Assembly: GCA_051362555.1 (NCBI GenBank) | Contig: CM120644.1 | Coordinates: 13,042,567-13,106,566, forward strand | Direction of reading: 5' to 3' | Length of the DNA stretch: 64,000 bases | Origin: Lingula anatina | Lineage: Eukaryota; Animalia; Brachiopoda | In this document: piece by piece, positions 50,447 through 63,900 of the stretch | Layout of the letters: each line of letters begins with the position of its first letter | Numbering within the stretch: the stretch's first letter is position 1 | Notes under the pieces: model-generated | Database searches by the model: none | Seen by the model: only the letters and a program-made list of their open reading frames with translations | Told to the model about the DNA's origin: nothing | Made by a program: the position numbers and the translations under genes

Positions 50447-51562
50447 CAGAAGAATATAAAAAACGGGACTTAGAAAAATAATTTTTAAAAAGTCCTTTGT
50501 TTTAGTAAGTATTATATATATTTGTTTTTATTTAATCCCTCACACGAGTCACATGAGGTAAGCATTTAGTTTAACGAAACGGCAATTTACCAACATCCGA
50601 ACGCGAATTGCTGCCATGTCAATAATGATAAGAAAAACAAAAAGAATAAAAAGTTTTACGTTGGAGTATTTTGCGTACGTTGGGAAAATTTACCAATCTG
50701 GTTAAAATAGATTTTCCCAAACATAAACCTCCAACTAGGACCGATTTTACATACCAGTTGATTTCCTTTTTCCTAATTGATCACTTTGCAGGCTCGACTG
50801 TATTAGTTCACTGTCTCTATCAGGCGTGGCAGTTGGGACTGTAGCACATCTGTGTCCAGTTTGCAACTGAAGTCCAGCGATAGGGTGAAATTTTTTTATT
50901 GATTAGACTGGGTAATTTATGGCTAAGGCTGAATAATATATGGCCCAAAAATCCAATCCAATTAGGCATGTTAATATGTTAGCTCTGCGGAACTGTAGAA
51001 ACTGCCGCAGGACATCAAATACTGCAATGAGGCCGCTTAAAACATTTTTTAAAGTCGCTATGCAGTGCAATGCAGAGCATCGTCTTTGTGTTGTATTCCA
51101 TTACAAAGGTTATCTGGGACAGTAAATATGTCTCTAACTTCGGTTAGCTTGAATGCTGTATGAAACTCGTTGGTGGAAGCAACTGGCCGGGGACGGGTAA
51201 AATAGGTATACTGATTTAAAACGCTGAAATATATAAACTCAGCATATAAACACTCTGGACAATAGAAGTGTCACCCAATGAATCAGAGTAATCAGATTTA
51301 TTATCCTGAAAAGGCGGAATATAAGCAATGTCAGAATATCGATATAGTTGAATTGTTCAGTCAGAACCGTTTCTTTTGTGAAATTTTATGTTAATAAAAT
51401 GATACCAGGAGCATATCATTCCACAGTCATTTATCTCCCCCAAAGTATTGGTTCAGTAGGGGTGACACTTCTATTGTCCAGTGTGTATATTAAATATCAT
51501 GTGTGCGAGGACTTTAACTATGAATGATGTAGCATTTCACATTAACACGTGTCTCAGCACGA

Positions 51563-51565
51563 ACA

Positions 51566-51628
<63 letters not shown>
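51563..51628. repeat. (CA)n(GA)n compound microsatellite
   Basis: Direct inspection. Confidence 0.95.
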
Positions 51629-51634
<6 letters not shown>

Positions 51635-51799
51635 AACTACTGGTGCCAACTGCAGAGGACTCCACGTTTTAAAATTAAGTAACAGTGCTGGGGCCGTCTT
51701 GAGCATTGTTAGAGAGAAGAGAAGCTCACAGCAATCGCAAATGAAATTCTATCTGATTTTTGTTCAGTCAATCCAGCCATTCCGCCATACATTGCTCAG

Positions 51800-51817
51800 G
51801 CGAGTGACGTCACTCGC
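51800..51817. promoter_or_regulatory. Perfect 18-bp palindrome centred on a CRE (GCGAG-TGACGTCA-CTCGC)
   Basis: Direct inspection; immediately upstream of the ATG at 51821. Confidence 0.55.
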
Positions 51818-51820
51818 AAA

Positions 51821-52634
51821 ATGTCAGAAGTGGAACTTTCTGTGCGCACTCTTTCATTCGAAATGTCAAGGTAAACAGTGTGCCAAACACTTATTAAGGC
51901 TATCTATTTCACTTCATGAATCAAAACATATTTCCTCGTTGACTAAGTTAATGGGATGTCTTGGTGCGCAGAAGAGCGTGGACCTGGTGTACTGGTTTGT
52001 CTAGCCAGATTAATGATTTAATTCAGTTCGTTTGATAAGACAGTATACAGGAATATATGTAACTGCATATTTATATAATTAAGTATTATATAATTGATCA
52101 ACCAATTAAAAGCTAATGCTCTAGATAGATGACAAAAAAAGAATCGCTGCCTCATGTCTGAGAGGAAGGTGAAATGCGTCTGTATGTCTAGCAGCACCAG
52201 ACATACGTCTACTTAAAAGCAATCACGAGATTATGGTACTGTGCGGTACATTGAATTTTGGCAAGTCAAGGTACAAAAATGTCTGGTTTTTATGTATGTT
52301 ACACGGCTCTTAACTCTAATCTATCCGCGCGATCTTAACCTTTATGTCATCACATTTGTGAGTACACTGTTCGGAGCCTGTTTTTTTTTTTCGGTATTAG
52401 TGAATGTGAAGTAATGTACCAGCGTCTGTAAACACACTGTAGTTTTACCAAGGAACACGATTAAGTCGGGGCATTGTCAGATCAGGTCTTAATCATTCCA
52501 GTGTTGGGAAGGATATGGAAAACCAAGGAAGTGAGAAGACTGAAAGTGAAGAGAAACAGGTAAGAAAAGCAAGTAGAGACGTATTAGCACCCTAGTTGTA
52601 GATATCTCCATTTGCATTCAGGCATGCTATATCT

Positions 52635-52672
<38 letters not shown>

Positions 52673-53136
52673 GACAGGATTTTTGTTGATAGAAAATTCT
52701 ATTTTTCTTATATAATTTACGTATCAACATTTTGCAAACTGAGACCAGTTTTCGTTTGAAGTTGAGTCTGAGGCTTGCGTAACGTAGAACTTAGCAAGAA
52801 ACAAATGGGTAAATGAGTATCGGGCTCCGCAACCTAGGTACATTATTTTTTTAATATAATTAGCTGGTTATCATCCTTTGCAGCTGACTCATGGAGCGGC
52901 TGCTGTTCCGCTTCATCTGCCGCATTGTGCAAATGATGAGATCAAGATTGATGTTGTGCCCTTGCCACACTGTGGAGTGAGAGTTATCGTTCAAGACAAG
53001 CGGAACCGGCCGCAGTCGAACCAGGTCTGTCTGTCTGTATGTCTGTCTGCCTGTCCCTTGTCACGTCTTTCTGGTTTTTACGTACAGGTAAATGTACATG
53101 TAACAGGCCGTGTGTACATGGAAGTCCATTTAGCCG

Positions 53137-53173
<37 letters not shown>

Positions 53174-55660
53174 GTGTGTGTGTGCGTGCGTGTGTGTGTG
53201 TGTTTGCATGTATTCCCATGAATGTAACCGCATGTACATGTATGTGTGTGCCAAGGCCGAAACGTAGATAAATAAATCGTCCAAAGTCGAAATTACTTTT
53301 CTGAAGTCTGCAAAACAAATTATCAACAACAGCTTAAGTCGATACACTACACTACATTAAACTACACTACACCACACTATAATGTATGAAATGGCTCATT
53401 TCAGCCTAGAGACGGCGATATCGTTTCGTTGTGGTCAGTGATGTCCAATGCAGGAGATGGGTTCCTACAAGTGACCAACGTGAAAGTGGACCCTTTTCTT
53501 GACAAAGACGAATACGTGGTCAACACAGCTGGAGAGCTTGACACGGACGCAAGTAAGAATCCAAAGCATGTAGTTAGTATTTCATCATATTTTAAGTTCG
53601 AGCAACAGTGTTTTATTTGAAAACATTCCAACTAGATAAACACACAAACATGGAGCAAAGATCACTGCCAAAGATACACACAGATAAATTGTGGTAGCTG
53701 AGATCGAGCGGATCCATTGCACAGCGACCAAATAACACATTTCATTATATTTTGATGAAGGCCACTGGCCCCTTTGTCGCAATACTAAAAAATCCTTGTA
53801 AGATTCCAGGATCTACTTTTAAGTCGGTCCATTTCTGACCTGTCCTGAAATTTTCACGAAAGATCCATACGTAACTTTTTTTTGCATTATGTTGGTGACG
53901 AACAGCCAGACATACGGAGACATAAACATAAGAGGTTATAATATAAATGAATTTATTGTTTTTAATTGCATACAAGAGGGTGTGCGTTACGCACGTCGAA
54001 TGCACGATCGTCCACATAGCTGGTTCCTCACTGAAAAGAAAGCATTAAAATTGAATCTACTAGGGCATCATAATTCTCAAATACGAGTATGTGCTTTGAC
54101 CTTCAAATAATGTTGACTTTCCTTAATGAAGATCGTTTGGAACGACGTCTAGTTTATTTTCGACAATCATCAGTAGAAAAGCCACCCAAGACGTAATACT
54201 TATCGTTATTATTAAAATTATTATTGTAATTATTTTTTCGTATTTGATATTTAGCAAAATTCATGTGGCAGACAAGGTTTTCACCTGGCAATGCTCACCC
54301 TTGGATCAATATTACCGACCTTGACCCAGTTATCCTGAAAATCCGTGGAACCCAGTTTAAACAAGATGGCGACAATTCTTGGTACATTATTACTGTAGAC
54401 GGAGATGACGTCGTTGCGAAACCAGAGGTGAGAACCTTTCTGCAATGAAGATGACTTGGCTCTTTAGTTTGCCTTTAAATTCAATAATACAGGCACCGTA
54501 CTATATGGTATCTGCATATATGTACAAAAAACAGAGGATCTCAATCAACTCACGCAAATTTGCAATGGAAAACACTCTTTACTTTAAGAACTTTAAAACG
54601 CGTACTAGTGCCATATTTCTATCAGTCATTGCTATTTACATGATCTTACTCCTGAACTGCATTTTCATACATGTATTGTATTGCATACATGTGCATTTCT
54701 CCATTCCATTCAAATCAAGAATGTTTTCCCTGGAGAGGATGCAACACAGACCAATCAGTTCCAAATATTCAACCCGTCCAGGTGGCCGGTATATAGCATG
54801 CCAGAGGTTGGGCGGAATATCAGGTAAGCTTGATTGACGCCGTGTGCGACTCCAAAGCACCAGCATATCTACCGTATAATACATATGCTTTCATACATCA
54901 ATAAAGGATATATCTATGAAATTGAATACACGTACATGTATCTTTTGATGAGGGGAAAATGATAGAAATAATGTTCATATGAAATTAAAATTTAGATTAT
55001 ATCTGCATTTAAAAGGTAGGCCAAGGGTAAGTAATGAATAATCACAGTACATAAACAAACCTAAACCACCCATCCAAGAAAAAAAAATCATCTAACGTAC
55101 TAGTACCAGTACGTTAATGGGCCTATTAATCAGATATAATACACTGCGTAAAATCTATTTTATCATTTCCCATTTCCCGATATCATTTCCCATCATTTTT
55201 TTTTTTTTTTTTTTGAAACATTGAAATACAAGAAGTTAAAGTCGACATACATGAACCTAATTGGCCATGGGCCAATTAGGTCACCATCGAAGATTCAATT
55301 TGTGAAACAGCTGCAGGCTACAGAGTATAGTTTTACATAGCTTTTTTGTAGCTGTATAGCTATACTAGCTTAGCTGTACATGTACATTGTACATGTAGCT
55401 GTAGGCCTACTTAACCATTGTAATTATGCTCATTTTAGTTTTGCATATTCAGCCTGAGTTTCAGTATTCCCCAATAACATGCACAATGTCTACATTCTAG
55501 ATTCAACATTAATAATGCTGGAAGTAACATGTTCCTTGGCTCAAGTGCAAAAGGCAAAGCTCGGAAAGTCTCGCAGGAAGGAGATCCAGAGGGCGCTAAC
55601 TACTACTGGCCGAACCCCGCCATTTTGTTTTTTGTCTACGATAGAGGGCAGCCTATATAG
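51821..55660 (+). CDS. Putative leaderless beta-trefoil (IL-1/FGF-like) protein, paralog 2 (~277 aa; alternative start at 52515)
   Basis: Exons 51821-51870, 52502-52559, 52884-53024, 53405-53552, 54255-54427, 54720-54823, 55501-55660 (TAG); phases 2/0/0/1/0/2; no stops; acidic N-terminus without a signal peptide; exon-for-exon paralog of 5838-8341. Confidence 0.85.
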
Positions 55661-56414
55661 GACAAACGTAATTTGTCGCTAGAACAATCAAACAAATCCT
55701 TAGTAGCTGTACTGGTGTGTCCATTATGAGTGCCAGACTAAATATAGAAACACACTTAGAATAATTCATAAACTGTAGATTAAAGAATACGGTTTGTCAA
55801 TCACTGAAAACACTGACGAGGAAAGCTCTTTTACCAATAAAACTTCTGAGAGGAATGTCTTTTGTCTACCGTGTACTGGTTTCTATACATGCGCAAAACA
55901 AATGTCTTCAAGTTCGTAAACCAGACAAAGTGTTCCGTCACTTTCACAGCAAATTAACACGTGATCTGATACAAAACCTATTGATTGCAATTTGGGATAT
56001 TTTCTACTACAGGTAGATGTGTTAGTATGCAATCAGTTTGTTAGGCTTAACAAAAGTGAGGTATTAATGGGCTGTTTTAAAATAGTGCTGTGGGGAGATA
56101 AACAACATAACGTTACCATAACGCTTTTTTGTTACATAAACGTTATGGTAACGTTATAAAACGTTCTGTGCCTGCTGGGATGGACGGGAAAGATGGAAGG
56201 TCGAGTTAAGGCCCACCCACTTTGCATGTACATTGCCGCTGTAATGTACATGGTCCTTAATCAAATTCCACGTGAAGAAAGGTCTTTGTCACTGTGTGCC
56301 CACCAGAGCACTTTGCCTAAAATTTGCATACATCCAATGCACATTTACTGTTAAGCACGTATGATCATTGGCCAAGGCATTGCGAGTCAAAAGTAAGCAT
56401 ATTTTAGCAACTTA

Positions 56415-56629
56415 CACCCCATTCTCATAGATTAGATCGACCTACATTGGATCGACCTAACTCCCTGGGGGTTCACGCTAAATAGCTGTCAGCCGGGCGG
56501 ACACGAAAGTTAATTACCCCTTAAAGCTTGTAGTAGGCGGGGACGGACACTTAAGGGGGATAATCTGACAGTAATCTAGTGAGACTCCCCGCGGTGATAG
56601 ATCGATCTAAAAGTTGTGAGAACAGAGCC
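56415..56629 (+). mobile_element. Harbinger-type MITE (family of 23606-23829)
   Basis: Shared core; TTA flanks. Confidence 0.75.
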
Positions 56630-57087
56630 TTAGAAATGTGTGTGTAAAGCTGAAACGTCAATAACCGGGTAAGTCTGTTAAATAGGGCAGTGGGGAAGTG
56701 ATCACCCGTTCTAAAAAAGGCTTAAGATTGTACACGAAAAAAAAAGGTAATTACCACATTGGTAAGCTTTCGCATGGACAGCATCTTAAAGAATGCCACG
56801 TGTCGCTGCAAACCTTTTTCAAACACCTATTGTTAAATCAGAATATTCCGCAGTTTTGCAACGCCAGACTGAATGAAGCACCGCTGTTAAACATACATGT
56901 ATATTTACGCAAACGCATCACTAAGCTACATGTTCTATAACAGCTTGCGTCACGAATAAGGAGAGAGAACATTAGCTGAATTTGAAGTAATTTTCATTTG
57001 GCAGTAACGAGTTGTGGTGAATACATCCTTTAAGAATCGACAGTAGATATTTGAATGTCGTCATAATTAAAGTCGTTAATCGCGGCA

Positions 57088-60000
57088 ATGCTTTTTAAAT
57101 CCAACATCCGTTCAGCCTATTTTGGCGCAGCCTTCTGTTTAGCGATGATGACTTGGGGTGTCAAAGGTGTGAAAGGGTACCCCACGGGCGCCCCACAGGA
57201 CGCGTGTGGAGCTATGTTGCCTTACCATGGACCTCAAGGTGACGACCAATTATATCCCAGCCAGACAGGCCCAGCTCCTTACACCATACAAGTCGCATCC
57301 CATCATGGGACCTACTTGCCGGGCAAGGCGATGAACGGTACGTTTATTGCAGTCTGTTTTACTTACTAAGGATTGAGAAGGCTTTCTGCATCCTCAGTCT
57401 TAATACTCCGACCTTACTGGTGGTAAAATAGAAATTATTATATTTCCTTGTGTAGTTTACAATGTATTTAATGTGAAATATGGATCTCATACGAAGAGTT
57501 GTACGAAGGGGATGGAGTCGGTGAAATAACTGTGTTTAAAGTATTTTCTTTAGTGGTCATTTCTCAGCCAACCATGACAGTATATTGGCTAATGACAGAT
57601 TTCGTTTTGATAGTTTATGGCGTTTCTACATTTGATGGCCTTATATCAACATCTTTTGTCATTTTAAAAAATTTATGCGACCTACATCTGTAACTACATG
57701 TAGCTACTTGCTAGGAAATAGGGATATTACAATGCTCCATTTTATTTTTATTAGATATGTCTCTATAAGAAAAGATCAGCAAACCGTGATACCGTCTCAA
57801 ACAGAAACTTACACCCTGCTAAAACGTTTGTACCTTTGCACCGGTAATATGAATTGTGTTATGTCCAATTCATGTATGTAACTTGCGCTTCTTTCAGTGA
57901 CTCTCATTGGCAATGTTGCTTTCAAAGGCTTTTTGTTGCAAGCGAGAGTAACGAAAGGCAACACCCAAGTGGGCACGTGGTCTATTCCCAGTGCTATATC
58001 TGCGCATGCGCGTCACGTGGCATGCGGCTGCCATGACGGAGCCGTGACGCACAGGAACAATACAGATAAGAGAGCCCTTACGTTTATGTGGAATGCGCCC
58101 CCTGTCGGTACCGGGGACGTGAAATTTGTGTAAGTGTTTCAGGCACCCGCGCCCTTCAAACGACAACAGACAGATTTGCTAAATACTTGAGGGACAATCT
58201 GCATTTGTAATCGAACTGGTTTTTATACGTACATGTAGGCTACTATCGGTAATACGTTTGTTCGTAGTTCATACGTTCACGTCAATTAAATCAATTCGAT
58301 TTTTATGTACAGACACAGATGTGTCTGTACATATAGCCATCACCTGCGTCTGTCGTCGCCGTCGCCGTCGTCGCCGTGCACTTTTACCGATAACACGATA
58401 AGTGGAAAACCGTTTTTTCTTTTGGTTTGAAACTTACAGAATTGATGAATATTCATAATACGCAGGTCAAGTTCGAAAATCAGCATGATCGGGCCATTTT
58501 TAGGGTAGTTATGCTGTTTTTTCACTTTTTTCAGCATATATGCAGCACCGATAACACGATAAGTGGAAAACCATTTTACCTTTTGGCTTGAAACTTACAA
58601 AACTGATAAATATTCATAATACGCAGGTCAAGTTCGAAAATCAGCATGATCGGGTCATTTTTAGGGAATTTATGCTGTTTTTTCACTTTTTTCAGTATAT
58701 ATGCCATATTACTTTTTGGCTTGAAACTTATGAAACTGATGAATATTCATAATACGCAGGTCAAGTTCGAAAATCAGCATGATGGGGCCATTTGTGGGGA
58801 AGTTATGCTGTTTTTTCACTTTTTTCAGCATTTATGCAGCAACGATAACATGATAAGTGGAAAACCATTTTACCTTTTGGCTTGAAACTTACAGAACTGA
58901 TGAATATTAAAAATACGCAGGTCAAGTTCGAAAATTGGCTTGATTGGACTATTTTTACAAATTTAAAGTTATGCTGTTTTTTCCCATTATTCAGCATATA
59001 TGCAACATTGATAACACATTTTAAGGAAAACCAATCAGCCTTTTGTCTTGAAACTCACAGGAGTGATCAGTCTTACTAGTATACAGATCAAGTTTGAAAA
59101 TAAGCTTGATCAGTTAAGTTTTGATGAAGTTATTAGCCCTTTTGTATACAAGTGGTTTTTCTTCAGATTTAATTCTTAGGCATGTTGACAGTCTCATTAT
59201 GGAACTAATTAGATATGAAAAAGTGTTGTTTTGACATTTTCTGCTTCTTAACAATAATGAAGTAATACAGGTTTTTTGTGAAAATTTTTATCTTTCATAG
59301 TTGCAATTTTCAATGTGGGACTTAGAGCTCCCTTGGGCATGGAAGCCTAGTGGTAATCAAATTTTTTTCTTAATGTCCATGTTTTTAATAGTAGATATTT
59401 TAAAATTGGTGGTATTTAATTAGTTAATCATTATGTAATGTTGCATCAAAATTGACAAAAAACCTACTTTGTGCTCTGCCACCATTTTCAAAGTATGACT
59501 CTGACTCTAAAAGAGTAAAGTTTTACTTTCTATTTTTTTAACTATTCTTACAAGAATGATTCTTAGGATTGACATACAGCTCATATTAGAAAACCAGCTC
59601 TATTGGATTATCATTTTTATTAAATTTATGCATTTTTTGTGAAATTTTCATTTTTCTCATTCTGGCACTTTCTAATTGAAAACTTGAACTCTGATGGGCC
59701 TGGAGCCTTATGCTTTTACTTTCATCAGTATTACCTGTTGTGCATAATTAAAATTTGATGTTGACTGTGCAGTTAAACATAATGTATTATTGCATCAGAA
59801 TTGGCAGTCTCCTGTTTTTGTGCATTATTGTTTTCTGTTTTTCTTAAGGTGTGACTTATGGGCCTGAAGACCTTTGATAGACAAATTTGTGTGGTCGGTC
59901 TGTAAATTCCCCTTGGGTATTCACTAGGCTAATTTCAGTGATATAAACTCATTTGCCTAATTAAGTGGCCATAAAATGAAATTTCATTAAGCACACTTGT

Positions 60001-61670
60001 TGATATTTCCCTGTAAACTCCCAAAGGTTAAGCTCTCTGCTAGATAACATAGTGTCCATAATAAGAAAGCAGTGAATAGCAGCTTCATTGGAATTATATT
60101 TTTGTTGTTTTCTTTTTAATTTTTTCTCCAACACTGGCATTTTTAATATGTGATTTTTAACTCCCATCCACCTGAGGCTCTGCAAATTTTCAGTATTTCC
60201 ACATAAGCAGCTGTATTGGTATTTATGTCTTTAAACACGCTGTAATATTATTTTATGCACTGTCATCATTTTTCATATATTGGGACTTTCATCATGTGAA
60301 TTTTAACTCTCATGGTCCTGACACTGTAATCTTATTGAAAGGGTGGATTGAGACCATCTTCTGGGTCTCCTGGAAGACAGTCAGATTTTAAAGTTTATAC
60401 TAACGGGTTTCTGTTGGAAGACCATCAAAATGGAGGATGGATCAACAAAGGAATACTGTCAGAAAATATCTCTGGATCTGCTCCTGTTATTGACCATGTT
60501 ACCTGTTGTGCATGATTAAAAATCAGTGTTGACTGACTGTGCTATTATAAGCATTCATTATTGCATCAAAATTGACAAAATGACCTATTTTGCATCTTTT
60601 TTTTTCTGTTTTTTGTCTGTACATTTGACAGCTTTGCTGCCTTGTTTTGCATAGATTCTTTGGGCAACTGCTAGGGAACGGCATTCTTATTACAGTCACT
60701 CTCTTATGATTTGTTAAATGTCCTTAGTTGTTGTTGTTGTTTTTTTTTTCGCATCCGGGCCTCGGAATTTTAAGTTATATGTATAAGTAAATGTATTATC
60801 ATTTAAAAGAGCAATATCCATGCGTTTGGAACCTGAATTTGTAAATGAATTTTAACTTTATTTTGCAGTGCCACCGTGGCCCAAAATTACAGCGTGTTCT
60901 GGGTTAAAATGACTACCGACATGATTGAAGAAAACAAGGTAAATCATTTTATTAATAACCACAGTTCGCAACGCGCGTGTATAGTGAGCTGTAGTGAATC
61001 GGAACTCCCTGTAAAATATACTAGTAGATTGTGTTGTGCGGTACCATACAGTCAGAGAAACAAGTCGTTTGTGAATAGATATACACTGCAGAGTGTCGCT
61101 ACAGTTTTAAGACTGTATAAAAAATTTACGACTTTTCAAATTTAGGACTGTGCAAACTTAGATTGTGTGTTTGTTAGTCCTCATGGCACAAATATATGTA
61201 AAACTAAATACATAAGCCTACGTATCGAGAAACACTAGTGTACACTGCAATATACCCATGTGTTTATATTTAATCTGGCCGGTTAAATACATCCATGTAC
61301 GTAGGCCTATAATCATTAGAATTGTTTTTCCCGGTTAAGTTTTATTATTATTATGTTAGTCATGATGTGTGAGGTAATTATCCTCTCAATGGTTGCATTT
61401 GTACTTTGATTATATACATATACAATTTAGCAGCAAGTAATATGGTCTTCACGGATGCCCTCCTCTCTCTCACTTACTCCGTTTGTACACGGAGAGAGAA
61501 AAAGAGAAAGAGAAAGTCAGACTCGTAGATGAATTCATTAAAACAACTCCTTTTTGATAATATAATTTTTCCAGGAAGACAACCACATCAAAAGTGGCGC
61601 CTGTGAACTCCAAGCTGCAAACGTGCCTATCGTCATCATCGCACTTCTGCTGCAAGGACTGGTACCATAA
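57088..61670 (+). CDS. Reeler-domain protein (putative defense protein / FRRS1 N-terminal-like), ~215 aa, probable GPI anchor
   Basis: Exons 57088-57337, 57898-58129, 60869-60938, 61575-61670. Signal peptide; YPTGAPQDACGAMLPYHG, FKGFLLQAR, AVTH, WNAP, VKFVATVAQNYSVFWV; hydrophobic C-terminus after SGA. Confidence 0.92.
58301..59150 (+). mobile_element. HINE/Helentron-like element with ~160-bp internal tandem array (may extend to ~60700)
   Basis: T-run, palindrome atgtacagacacagatgtgtctgtacat, (GTC/GCC)n, units anchored by cgcaggtcaagttcgaaaat at 58461, 58622, 58755, 58916 and a degenerate one at ~59082. A gtctgtacat subterminal copy lies near 60615. Confidence 0.78.
60337..60486 (+). mobile_element. 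Degenerate MITE, CAGGGGCGGAT family
   Basis: Core cttctgggtctcctggaagacagtcagatt...tctggatctgctcctg; TTATT flanks. Confidence 0.75.
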
Positions 61671-61827
61671 TAAATTTAAAGTCAAACGTAGTATTTTTAA
61701 CGTACCCCTGCCAGTTTTTTTCATCAAGATTGCGTCTTGCATATTGTATTACATGTACTGTTACAACATATTCGTATATGTTTAACTGATTTAAAAACAA
61801 TAAGCGTGGTAGGCGCTCTAATCCACA

Positions 61828-62023
61828 TCAAGGTTGAAGATGTTTTGACTGTTTACAGTACGACTCCAGAACTTTGATCCCTTCTTTTTCATTGTGCTGA
61901 TAACGCTGAATCCAGTGATGAAGGAGAAGGTTATAGTACCTGGGAAAATTCACAAGTATATCTGTCAAAAACCTTAAAGATATCAGGGTCTATAAGAAGC
62001 ATGATCAATTTAATGCAATCGTG

Positions 62024-62067
<44 letters not shown>

Positions 62068-63900
62068 CTCTATGCATCGTTCAGTTTGATCTTTGTGTTG
62101 TTTCGTTATACCACATTGCTTAGTGCTTCGGTTATTAGCCAATACAAGTAGGTAAATTTTATATGACATATGCCCCATGTGTTTACAGACATTTTATCAC
62201 TCAGTTTAATGTATTCTTTACCATGAGACAATTTTCACTAGCTACCTTGGTTTCTTGAAGAATTTATGATATTTCTTTGTATCTGGCGCGGGGAAAATTC
62301 TTTCAAAGTCACCTCTCCGATGGTATTCGCCCACAGTTTCAACTAGCATCCTGATATCGTCTGGGGTCAATTTGTCCAGTATACTTTGCTGGGCTACCTG
62401 CAAGAGTATCATTTAATGAATTTCTCCAGACCTTTAAACAACGGACTGATGGGTTGAATATTTTCCGTGCTGCATACAAAATTTTCATATTCATATTTCT
62501 TCACTATATGCTTTTTCGTCAGTGGATTACTACTGTGGTCATGACATCTTCCTGGTGAGGACTTCTTTCATTAAATTGTTAAAATGAACAGAAAGAATTT
62601 GTCACCGAGCTCTTGAACTTTAATCCAAAAGAAAATTCGCCCTGAAGCTAAAGTAGATGAGACAGAATATAATTAAATGCCTGAAGTTGAGGCGCTTTTA
62701 CAATTTTGAACAAGGACTCTTTCAGACAAGCAAAGATGAAGAAGGTTAGAAATTACCTCGTCGGTGATGCCAGTGTATTTCGCATGTTTTGTCTTTTCTT
62801 CGTCTGTGAGCGGCTGTGTCCAAAGGTTTCTATTCATTACAAGGTGTTCTGGAACCGCGTCTTCTTCAGTGCTAAAACAAACAATGACTTAATTAATGCA
62901 CGGAAAGCGAAAAACGAATGATAAATAGATTTTACCCTTTTTGCCTATAGCACAATATCATAGTGTCTAAAAGATATCACAGTGTCTAAAAGAGTGATCA
63001 TGTAATTTTAATAATTTAAGTGACAGGCACAAACAGATATGCTCTATTTCAATGATCGCCAATATTTTTCTTTTGGATCTTTAAGGCAGTTTTGGTTTGA
63101 TGATGTTATTTTGCTTCGCTGTCATTCTGTTGCAATTTTAAACATAAGCAACGTTCATTGTCAATGTTAAAATCTAGTACGGTTTTATTTGTTCTGTACA
63201 CTGATCACATCTTTCATAATAATAATAATAATAATAATAATAATTCAAAAATACTTCCAATCCAGCATTGGCATTCGCCCAGCCTTCAAATCACTATACT
63301 ACAATAACCTTTTATTCTTTTCATGTATCAGCGTTTCATTCTCTGTATTATTTATAGCACTAGGTCACCTGTGTTTCAGTTTTGGTAGCATCTCTGCAGC
63401 GGGAATCTGGACCCCAGCCAGGTTGAGCATAGACGCCAGCATGGGCTGCGTCACCCTTTTCAGAATATTCCGCGGAAACCTGAGGAAAGACTTTTTCTTA
63501 TCAAAATATTAAAAACCCTAATTAAAGTCAATAAAGACATTTCTGTTATGTTATGACTATTGTTAGAAAATTAACTGTTATAGTAACCTTGCATTTCCCC
63601 CTATACATGTAGCTAGCGCCGCCCCTTTGTATGAAGAAAAGATATGAGACTCTACAAAGCGTAACGCAAGCTCAAGCCTGTATGTTGCTAGGACGTCGCT
63701 TCTTGTCTGGAACTGTTCAAAATAGATATATGTAACATTTAAATGAGTTTTTTTTTTTTTTTTACCTTGGTGATACGTTTACTTCCATAAGCCATGCCTT
63801 CAAGTCTTCATCAAGGAGAATGTCAAATCCAAATAACTCATGTACACTGTATCGGTTCTTTATGAATGCACGAGTGCTTTTTCGCATTTTGGCTTCACCG
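61828..63900 (-). CDS. TTLL4: Tubulin polyglutamylase TTLL4-like, 3' five exons (gene continues beyond the window)
   Basis: Exons 63900-63766, 63479-63369, 62871-62757, 62397-62246, 61939-61828 (TGA). RYSVHELFGFDILLDEDLKAWLMEVNVSP, MLNLAG, ILDKLTPDDIRMLVE...RRGDFERIFP, PRYYNLLL match TTLL4 motifs as recalled; may be a divergent paralog. Confidence 0.85.

Noticed and set aside
50681-50694. NF-kB-like sites near the putative immune genes
   Set aside because: Only partial matches, expected by chance in AT-rich DNA.
55453-55500. Upstream AG acceptors for the last trefoil exon
   Set aside because: They give an immediate TAA; the 55501 acceptor matches the paralog.
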